Below, one piece after another: positions 15,741-23,192 of a stretch of DNA of 32,000 nt (its first letter is position 1; every line of letters begins with the position of its first letter). The translations under genes were made by a program, and so were the position numbers. Source of the stretch: Moraxella nasicaprae (GTDB lineage Bacteria > Pseudomonadota > Gammaproteobacteria > Pseudomonadales > Moraxellaceae); contig NZ_CP089977.1 of the NCBI RefSeq assembly GCF_025643275.1, positions 480,001 through 512,000 of the forward strand, given 5' to 3'. The notes under the pieces were generated by a model. It had not been told where the DNA came from, did not search any database, and saw only the letters and a list, made by a program, of their open reading frames with translations.

Positions 15741-16498
15741 TAGCTAAGCAGCTCATCAAGACTCATGGCATTTAGCCGCTCCAAATCATCTTGGGTATCC
15801 ACGCCAGCAGGCAAGGTGGTCTTTGCCACAGCAATGGCGATGCGTTCGCCATTTTCTAGCACCCTAAGCTGTTCTAGGCTTTCTAATTTTTCTAATACAC
15901 CCTGCTCCCAACCTGTGAACGCTTTGAGCATACGCACACGATAAGCATACAAACCCAGATGTCGATAGGCGTGCTGTGGCAAGCTATCTGCTTGGGCATC
16001 TCTGTCATGCGGAATGCTGGCACGACTAAAATACAAGGCTCTGCCTGCATTATCCTTGACCACCTTCACCACCGATGAGCGATGAAACTCTTCATGATTG
16101 CTGATGGGTTCGCACAATGTTGCCATCGCACAATCTGGATTATCCACCAAAAGCTGCATGACTTGTTCAAGCAATACCGCAGGCACCAAAGGCTCATCGC
16201 CTTGCATATTGATGACAATGTCATCATCATCAAATGTCAGCAACTGTGCCACCTGAGCCAATCTATCTGTGCCTGATGGGTGATTGTCTGCGGTCATGAT
16301 GACAGGAATATTGGCATTCTTGACCACTTCATAAATGCGGTCATCATCGGTTGCCACACAAACCGTATCTGCAAACGAAGCTTGCAAGGCTTTTTGTGCC
16401 GTCCACAAAATCATCGGCTTACCATGAATGTTTAACAATGGCTTGGCAGGTAAGCGAGTGGATTTGTAGCGAGCAGGAATGATGAGATGGATTTTCAT
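15737..16498 (-). CDS. kdsB: 3-deoxy-manno-octulosonate cytidylyltransferase (CMP-KDO synthetase)
   Basis: IIPARYKSTRLPAKPL N-terminus and NMQGDEPL motif. Start taken at ATG 16498. Confidence 0.9.
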   Translation of the reverse strand: MKIHLIIPARYKSTRLPAKPLLNIHGKPMILWTAQKALQASFADTVCVATDDDRIYEVVKNANIPVIMTADNHPSGTDRLAQVAQLLTFDDDDIVINMQGDEPLVPAVLLEQVMQLLVDNPDCAMATLCEPISNHEEFHRSSVVKVVKDNAGRALYFSRASIPHDRDAQADSLPQHAYRHLGLYAYRVRMLKAFTGWEQGVLEKLESLEQLRVLENGERIAIAVAKTTLPAGVDTQDDLERLNAMSLDELLSY

Positions 16499-16789
16499 AA
16501 GTATTACATTAAGCAAATAATCATGGTCTTAATTATAAAGCAAAATCTGACAAACGGAAAGGGTTGCCATCAATCTGTACATCGTTCATGGCTAAAATCA
16601 TGCACATTTGATACATTCATATTTTATCATTCATCAACAATTTTTCGCCCCAAAATACTTGCAACAAAAAATCCAACCCAATCTGCACAAACCATCACCC
16701 AACATCACTCTTATCAATACAATCGCCTGTGGCTTATCAGTATGACATGCCAAGAAATAAAGGCAGTTACTACAAAGATAACAGTATGC

Positions 16790-17102
16790 GACAAATTGGT
16801 GATGAGTGCATGACTTGCCCAAGCAAGGCTTGCTAGGAGCTAAAAAGATAAATGAGGTTTTATTGATACAGCAGATAAGCTGATGGTCGCTGTTTGGTAT
16901 GATGATGTTTGGGATTTTGATGAAAATTTGGCAAAGGTCAAACAAAGCGGTAAGGCTGGCTTTATTGACAATACAGATTAAATGATTACTCCTGTACGGT
17001 TGATGATGCTGGTATTTTGGCGAAGGTTTGTTAAACTCTGGGTTAGATGAAAAAGCCTTTTATATTGACAAAACAGGCAAATTGGTTCGATGGATTTATT
17101 AA
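16790..17102 (+). pseudogene. Decayed WG-repeat (KWG-type) protein gene remnant
   Basis: Hand translation shows repeat units QGLLGAKK / KDK*GFIDTADKLMVAVWYDDVWDFDENLAKVKQSGKAGFIDNTD* / YFGEGLLNSGLDEKAFYIDKTGKLV spread across three frames. TGA at 16853-16855 sits where the WG tryptophan is expected. The 5' limit is uncertain. Confidence 0.4.
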
Positions 17103-17107
17103 ATACA

Positions 17108-17130
17108 ACAGGCAGACCGCCCTGTTTTTT
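17108..17130 (+). terminator. Weak terminator after the WG-repeat remnant, abutting the lpxK stop
   Basis: ACAGG / CCTGT stem with an 8-nt loop, followed by T6. Confidence 0.35.
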
Positions 17131-18139
17131 AGTCAATGCCAAACTTTAAAAGCAACTCGTCCATCTTATCGCACACCGCCTGTGATAGCACCGACTGCAC
17201 AGGCAATACCCAAACATTTTCAAAAATCGAATGAGATGTCTGTTTGGCAAGTGTGCGAAGTTTGACAGCATCTTTGCTGGTCGTTATGATGGGCAAATCA
17301 GATAAAGACACCAAATCATCAAGGGTAAAATCATGATGGTCGCCAAAGGGCTTTTTAACCACAGTAAAGTGCAAATCAGCCAAAGTCTGAAAAAATCTAT
17401 CAGGATAACCAATACCGCTAACCCCATAGACCTGCTGGGTTGGTAGTGATTGACAACCACCCAAAAGCGGTACAGGCTGACTGGGTGCCAGATACATTCT
17501 CATCGTCTTATCATCATACAGATGTGTGCGTGCATCATGATAGACGACCATCGCCCCATCAAGACGAGACAATGGCTCACGCAAAAAGCCCTGCGGAAAT
17601 AGCTTACCATTACCAAAACCTCGTACACCGTCCACCACAATCCACTCAGCATCACGGTGCAAGGCGTAGTGTTGCAGACCATCATCACTGATGATTAGTT
17701 GCAAATCAGGATAATGCTGTAACAGCAACTCAATGGCTTGTCCACGATTTGCCCCTACCGCCATCGGCACGCCTGTCTCGCCCACAATCAAACACGGCTC
17801 ATCACCCACCGCTTGTGGCGTGCTGTCTGCCTGCACCAAAGCTGGCGTACTCTGCTTGCGTCCATAGCCACGACTAATCACCCCAACGGATATGCTTTTG
17901 GTTTGCAAATATTTGACCAAAGCGATGATGAGTGGTGTTTTACCACTACCGCCCACCGTGATGTTGCCAACGACCAGCACAGGCACAGGAGCGTGATAAC
18001 TTTGTTTTTTGTGAGTCAGATATAGCGATTTGCGATACTGGCTGATACCGCCATATAAAGCAGATAAAGGCGATAATAATTTGAGCATGGGCGAGTTTTT
18101 TTGCCACGCCTGCGTGAGTGCCAATTCCAATTTTTTCAT
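17129..18139 (-). CDS. lpxK: Tetraacyldisaccharide 4'-kinase
   Basis: VGNITVGGSGKTP P-loop, 336 aa. Starts 3 nt after the msbA stop. Confidence 0.9.
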   Translation of the reverse strand: MKKLELALTQAWQKNSPMLKLLSPLSALYGGISQYRKSLYLTHKKQSYHAPVPVLVVGNITVGGSGKTPLIIALVKYLQTKSISVGVISRGYGRKQSTPALVQADSTPQAVGDEPCLIVGETGVPMAVGANRGQAIELLLQHYPDLQLIISDDGLQHYALHRDAEWIVVDGVRGFGNGKLFPQGFLREPLSRLDGAMVVYHDARTHLYDDKTMRMYLAPSQPVPLLGGCQSLPTQQVYGVSGIGYPDRFFQTLADLHFTVVKKPFGDHHDFTLDDLVSLSDLPIITTSKDAVKLRTLAKQTSHSIFENVWVLPVQSVLSQAVCDKMDELLLKFGID

Positions 18140-18142
18140 CGG

Positions 18143-19933
18143 TCAATCTTCTTGGTTTGTGGCATGGTTTGTCAATACTACATCAAGGTCATCGGCAAAA
18201 CTGCGTTCGTACATCGTTGCATACATGCCTTGCTGTTTTAGCAGCTCTTGATGCGTTCCCATTTCGATGATGCGTCCAGCGTCCATTACCACAATACGGT
18301 CAGCATTTTCAATGGTGGAAAGTCGATGAGCAATGACAATAGTTGTGCGATTTTGCATCACTGTTTCTAAGGCTTTTTGGATATAAAATTCGCTTTCATT
18401 GTCCAATGCAGAAGTCGCCTCGTCTAAAATCAAAATCGGTGCGTCTTTTAATAATGCCCGGGCAATCGACAATCTTTGACGCTGACCACCTGATAATTGC
18501 AAGCCGTCCGCCCCAATAAAGCTATCATAACCCTTAGGTAAACGAGTGATGAAATCATGTGCATAGGCAGCTTTGGCGGCATTGACGACTTGCTCGTGTG
18601 TCTTATCGCTCAATGCACCATAGGCGATGTTGTTTGTCACCGTGTCCAAAAATAGCGTTACTTGTTGATTGACCATCGCAATTTGTTGTCTAAGGCTATC
18701 AAGTGCAATCTCGTCAATGGGTATGTCATCTATCAAAATCCGACCATCGCTGGCTTGCAAATCTCTGGTAATCAGATTGACAAGGCTGCTTTTGCCCGAA
18801 CCTGACCGACCGACAATCGCAATCGTCTCGCCCGCCTTGATGTCCAAACTAAATCCATCAATGGCTCGCACACCGCCATCATAGGTTAAGCCCACATTCT
18901 CAAAACGAATGTTGCCTGCAAGCGTTGGTTTTAGACCGCCTTGATTATTTTCTTCCACTTCGTCCAATAGACCAAAAATAGAAATACCAGCAGCAAGCCC
19001 TCTTTGTAATTTGGGATTGACATCAGTCAATGCTTTGACAGGAGCACTGAGCAATCCTGCGGCAGTCAGATAAGCCACAAACTGACCTGCACTGGTATCC
19101 CCCAATATCTCAGGACGCAAAGACAGCCAAATCACAAAACACAGCCCCATCGCCATCAAAAACTGAATCAGCGGTGTGTTAATGGCAGATAATACGGTAA
19201 TTTTTAAACCTTTTTCTAGGTTTTGTTTAGAGGCTTGCTCGAAGCGTTTGGATTCATAGGCTTGACCGCCGTAGTTTTTGACCACACGGTAGCCAGACAC
19301 CGCCTCATTGGTGATGTGGCTGATTTCTGACATTGAATCTTGAATGCTTAATGATAGATTTGAAAATTTCTTTGAAGCCTGTCTAATCAAATAAAAAATC
19401 GGTGGTAACATCAGCATCAATATCAAAGTCAGTCGCCAACTAGTGTACAACAAAAAACCAAATAAAGAGATGACCTTGATACCGTCTTTTAGTAAGGTTG
19501 TCAATGATTCGGTGCTGGCGGCAGTTACCTGCTCCACATCAAAAATCAGCTTACTGCTTAATGCACCCGAAGGATTATTGAGATAAAAAATCGATGGCAA
19601 TGTCAGCAACTTATTAAACACCTCAATTCTAAGCACATACACCAAGTTACGAGCCATCAATGCTGAATAATAATTGCCCAAAAATGAGCCAACACCACGC
19701 ATAAAAAATAGCCCCAACACCAAAAATGGAAACCACAGCTTTTTGGTGGTATCATCATGGCTAATACCTTCAATGATATATTGCAATAATTTGACTGACG
19801 ACACCTCTGCCGCACCGCCAATGGCAAAACCAATGACAGAAAGCAAAAATGCCCACCAAAAGGGTTTGAGGTAGGAAATCAGACGGATAAAAATGGCAAC
19901 TTTATTGGTTGATGGTTGCGTGCTGGCGGTCAT
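18143..19933 (-). CDS. msbA: Lipid A export ABC transporter (permease/ATPase) MsbA
   Basis: Six-TM N-terminal domain. GRSGSGKSS Walker A, LSGGQRQR signature, ILILDEATSALD Walker B. Adjacent to lpxK. Confidence 0.9.
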   Translation of the reverse strand: MTASTQPSTNKVAIFIRLISYLKPFWWAFLLSVIGFAIGGAAEVSSVKLLQYIIEGISHDDTTKKLWFPFLVLGLFFMRGVGSFLGNYYSALMARNLVYVLRIEVFNKLLTLPSIFYLNNPSGALSSKLIFDVEQVTAASTESLTTLLKDGIKVISLFGFLLYTSWRLTLILMLMLPPIFYLIRQASKKFSNLSLSIQDSMSEISHITNEAVSGYRVVKNYGGQAYESKRFEQASKQNLEKGLKITVLSAINTPLIQFLMAMGLCFVIWLSLRPEILGDTSAGQFVAYLTAAGLLSAPVKALTDVNPKLQRGLAAGISIFGLLDEVEENNQGGLKPTLAGNIRFENVGLTYDGGVRAIDGFSLDIKAGETIAIVGRSGSGKSSLVNLITRDLQASDGRILIDDIPIDEIALDSLRQQIAMVNQQVTLFLDTVTNNIAYGALSDKTHEQVVNAAKAAYAHDFITRLPKGYDSFIGADGLQLSGGQRQRLSIARALLKDAPILILDEATSALDNESEFYIQKALETVMQNRTTIVIAHRLSTIENADRIVVMDAGRIIEMGTHQELLKQQGMYATMYERSFADDLDVVLTNHATNQED

Positions 19934-19944
19934 AAAACTACTCT

Positions 19945-20919
19945 TTAATGGCTTAATTTATCAATCAGCTCGCTCAGTTCATCGTGGCTATAAAAGAATA
20001 TTTCCACGCTACCCTTGCCGTCTTTGCCTTGTTTTAGTTTGACGGTTGCACCCAGTGCGTCTGAAATTTGTTGGCTTAATGCCAGCACTTCATGGTCAAT
20101 GATGGGAGCGATTTTTGGCTCTGGATTGATGATGGATTTGACAAGCTTTTCGGTGTCTCTGACCGTTAAGTGACCGTCAATGATTTTTTTGGCAATGATG
20201 GGTTGCTGTGCATTAGGCAAAGATAGCAAAGCACGAGCATGACCCATGTCCAATAACCCTTGCAGCATGTAATCCTTGACCGTATCGTGCAGCTGGTTTA
20301 GTCGCAACAGGTTGGTAACCGTTGCACGAGCCTTACCCACAACCGAAGCAATGGTGGCATGACTCATGCCAAATTCGGTATGAAAACGCTGCAATGCGGC
20401 CGCCTGCTCCAAAACATTCAAATCCTCTCGCTGAATGTTCTCAATCAATGCCAACGCAATGGCAATCTCATCATCAAGCACTCGCTCGATGGCAGGAATG
20501 CTATCAAGCCCAGCCAATTTGGCAGCTCGCCAACGCCGCTCGCCTGCGATGATTTCATGCGTGACGGTCTGACTGGTCTTATCTTCATCAGACAACAAGG
20601 GGCGAATGACGATTGGCTGCATCACGCCATGCTGACGGATTGAGGCAGCAAGTTCGGCAAGTGCCTCTTCTTTCATTTCTTTTCTGGGTTGGTATTTACC
20701 AGATTGCAAACGATTGGTGGCGATTTGCACCAAAGCCACTTTTTCTCCATCTTGGGTCAGCACCATGTCCGCTTGATTATCAACGATGGTCTTTTTATTG
20801 TTTGGTGTGTCGGTTTTTTTTGGGGTTAATTGCCCTTGTGCGATTTGCTTTTCTAGATTGACCTTAGAAAGCAATGCGTCCAAACCCTTATTTACTCCCA
20901 ATCCTCGTTTTTTTACCAT
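19945..20919 (-). CDS. parB: Chromosome partitioning protein ParB
   Basis: N-terminal KKRGLGVNKGLDALL peptide, GERRWRAAKLAG ParB box, HTH SHATIASVVGKARATVTN. Start taken at ATG 20919, preceded by AGGAAGG. Confidence 0.9.
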   Translation of the reverse strand: MVKKRGLGVNKGLDALLSKVNLEKQIAQGQLTPKKTDTPNNKKTIVDNQADMVLTQDGEKVALVQIATNRLQSGKYQPRKEMKEEALAELAASIRQHGVMQPIVIRPLLSDEDKTSQTVTHEIIAGERRWRAAKLAGLDSIPAIERVLDDEIAIALALIENIQREDLNVLEQAAALQRFHTEFGMSHATIASVVGKARATVTNLLRLNQLHDTVKDYMLQGLLDMGHARALLSLPNAQQPIIAKKIIDGHLTVRDTEKLVKSIINPEPKIAPIIDHEVLALSQQISDALGATVKLKQGKDGKGSVEIFFYSHDELSELIDKLSH

Positions 20920-20929
20920 AATCGCCTTC

Positions 20930-21358
20930 CTAACCATTGTCATTCATTGTCTGCAAATTGCTCTTGACCGCCATGTCGCCAAAACCATATTGCCAAAACA
21001 GCTCTATTTGTTGCCATTGTGCATTATCCAAATACACATTTGGCACAAACTGGGAGGAATTATCAGCCGACACATCATCTTGCTGCGTGGTGGTTGAGTG
21101 CGTCTTTGTATCAGGCTGCCCATCAGGCTCATCGGACTGGCAAAGTATCTGACTGACATCAGCACTGTCATCACTTGACACACAGTCTGGCTCAGCCAAA
21201 TCCTGCTCCTCATTGATTGACACCACCTCATCGCTCATCGACGCCAGCTCAGACTGCTCTGCCATCTGTACCGTCTGTGCCACTTGCCGACCGACTCTGA
21301 TGTTGGCAAGCAATGCGTCCAGTCCACGATTACCGCCCAGTCCTCGTTTTTTTGTCAT
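20930..21358 (-). CDS. Hypothetical protein: ParB N-terminal peptide duplicate fused to an acidic tail (orfX)
   Basis: MTKKRGLGGNRGLDALLANIRVGRQVAQ compares with ParB MVKKRGLGVNKGLDALLSKVNLEKQIAQ. The rest is D/E/S-rich, without a ParB box or HTH. The ORF fills the parA-parB gap. Confidence 0.5.
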   Translation of the reverse strand: MTKKRGLGGNRGLDALLANIRVGRQVAQTVQMAEQSELASMSDEVVSINEEQDLAEPDCVSSDDSADVSQILCQSDEPDGQPDTKTHSTTTQQDDVSADNSSQFVPNVYLDNAQWQQIELFWQYGFGDMAVKSNLQTMNDNG

Positions 21359-21369
21359 CTTATGCTACT

Positions 21370-22152
21370 CTATTTTGTTTGATGGGCAGATTGGGCAAGC
21401 ACTTCGTTCATCAGCTGCTGATAAGCGATTGCCCCTTTGGACGATTTTTCATAAGTAAAAATCGACTGCCCAAAACTTGGTGCTTCCGCCAGACGCACAT
21501 TGCGTGGAATGTAGGTTTTATAGACCAAATCGCCAAAGTGATTTTCAAGTTCATACGAGACATCATTGGCAAGCGTATTTCTATTATCAAACAAAGTACG
21601 CACCACCCCTCGAATGTGTAGTTTTGAGTTGATACTGCTTAGCTTGTCAATGGTGGCAATCAAATCCGCCACACCTTCAAGAGCGTAATATTCACACTGC
21701 ATCGGAATGATGACGCCATCAGTTGCTGCAAAGGCATTGACCGTAATCAAACTTAGGCTTGGGGCACAATCCATCACGATATAGTCATAATCAAGCCTGC
21801 CCTCAGCCTGTGCCTGCATCATCGCCTCTTTGAGCAAAAATGGGGCATTTTCTACGCCCGCCAAAGACACATCAATCCCTGCCAAATCACGGTTTGCCCC
21901 GATGACATCAATGCCCACAGGCGAAGTCAAAATCGCCTCAGCAAATGGCACGCCATCAAGCAATACATCAGCCATCGTGTATTGTAGGTTGTTTTTGTCC
22001 ACGCCCACGCTGGTAGTCGCATTGCCTTGTGAATCTAGGTCGATGAGCAATACTTTTTTGTGAGCAATCAAATGTAATGCCGCCGCCAAATTCACGGTCG
22101 TTGTGGTCTTGCCGACCCCACCTTTTTGGTTAGCGATTGCAATGATTTCCAT
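21370..22152 (-). CDS. parA: Chromosome partitioning ATPase ParA/Soj
   Basis: Deviant Walker A NQKGGVGKTTT. 260 aa. Positioned between rsmG and parB. Confidence 0.92.
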   Translation of the reverse strand: MEIIAIANQKGGVGKTTTTVNLAAALHLIAHKKVLLIDLDSQGNATTSVGVDKNNLQYTMADVLLDGVPFAEAILTSPVGIDVIGANRDLAGIDVSLAGVENAPFLLKEAMMQAQAEGRLDYDYIVMDCAPSLSLITVNAFAATDGVIIPMQCEYYALEGVADLIATIDKLSSINSKLHIRGVVRTLFDNRNTLANDVSYELENHFGDLVYKTYIPRNVRLAEAPSFGQSIFTYEKSSKGAIAYQQLMNEVLAQSAHQTK

Positions 22153-22186
22153 AATACAAACCTTTGGATAACTTTATTTTGATGAA

Positions 22187-22864
22187 TTATTTTTGTAAAT
22201 AGACCACACAGCGACTGTCGTCAAGTTGCGGTACGCTGATGGGTTTGACGCTGATGTGCCAATCTGCCAAAGAAGCCAGCTCTTCGTCCGTTGGGTTTTT
22301 GCCCTTCATCGCATACAGCACGCCATCTTCCGCCAAACAAGGCGTGGCAAGTGCTACAAAATCCTGCAACGAAGCAAAAGCTCGTGAAGTAATGACTTGA
22401 TAAGTCTTGGCAAAATCAGCGTGATGATGCTCAATGCGACTGGCGATGGGCATGATATTTTTTAGGGCAAGCTCACTTGCCAGCTGTCGAATAAAGCGGA
22501 TTTTCTTTTGATTACTATCCAATGCCGACACCTGCCAATCAGGTCGCAAAATGGCAATAATCACCGATGGCAAGCCTGCCCCTGTGCCGATGTCCAACAA
22601 ACGCACCCGACCACGGTCAGCCAATGGCAAATCTGGCACGATTGCCATACAGTCAAAAATGTGCTTAATCAAGGCCTCTTTTGGGTCGGTAATGGCGGTC
22701 AAATTATACGCCTTGCCCCAAAGCAGCAGCCCATCTAAATATCGTAAAATTGCCAGCACCTGCTCATCATCAATCGACAAGCCAAGCACCTGAGCTGCTT
22801 GCATGATTTGGGTGGCAAATTCATCTGCCTGCTGAGAAATCTTAGAAAATCGGACGGTTGTCAT
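22187..22864 (-). CDS. rsmG: 16S rRNA (guanine527-N7)-methyltransferase RsmG (GidB)
   Basis: WGKAYNLTAI and LLDIGTGAGLP SAM motif. Conserved position upstream of parA. Confidence 0.9.
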   Translation of the reverse strand: MTTVRFSKISQQADEFATQIMQAAQVLGLSIDDEQVLAILRYLDGLLLWGKAYNLTAITDPKEALIKHIFDCMAIVPDLPLADRGRVRLLDIGTGAGLPSVIIAILRPDWQVSALDSNQKKIRFIRQLASELALKNIMPIASRIEHHHADFAKTYQVITSRAFASLQDFVALATPCLAEDGVLYAMKGKNPTDEELASLADWHISVKPISVPQLDDSRCVVYLQK

Positions 22865-23057
22865 AGTGATTGCTTAGATTGGTATTTAAATCATCTATTT
22901 TAGCACGGTTTTGCAGTGTGATATAGCTTTTTTTGGCGTAATCAGATTTTTACCAAACTTTCCTTGCTGAATGCCAAAAGACCCCAATCATCGCTCACTT
23001 GATGCACCGTAAATCATCTTTGTAACCATAAGCAATCTCATCACCATTTTATCTCTT

Positions 23058-23074
23058 GGCTTATCCAAGATAAG
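23058..23074. promoter_or_regulatory. Palindrome GCTTATC-CAA-GATAAGC in the rsmG / Lon-like divergent region
   Basis: 7-bp arms with a 3-nt spacer. Function unknown. Confidence 0.2.
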
Positions 23075-23192
23075 CTGACAAATGTTCATTTCTCATTACT
23101 TTGTCATTCATTACCAAAAATTTTACCCTTTTTGCTTGATTTTGGGTTAAAATTGGGGCAATTTTCTCTTTATCATTCATCATCTATTGCCA

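Noticed and set aside
16487-16945. Track ORFs 16487-16813 (plus) and 16634-16945 (minus) in the kdsB-lpxK gap
   Set aside because: They overlap each other, are Cys/Ile-rich with no family resemblance, and lack an RBS. The region is better explained as a decayed WG-repeat gene plus spacer.
20937-21458. Plus-strand ORFs overlapping orfX and parA (20937-21152, 21213-21458, 21313-21621) and the minus-strand alternative frame 21004-21231
   Set aside because: They are shadow ORFs of the minus-strand coding frames, with no start context and no recognisable motifs.
22865-23186. The rsmG-upstream intergenic region as a possible oriC, by analogy with gid-linked origins
   Set aside because: I found no TTATCCACA-type boxes there; the closest is TTATCCAAG within a small palindrome. 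There is no pronounced AT-rich unwinding tract.
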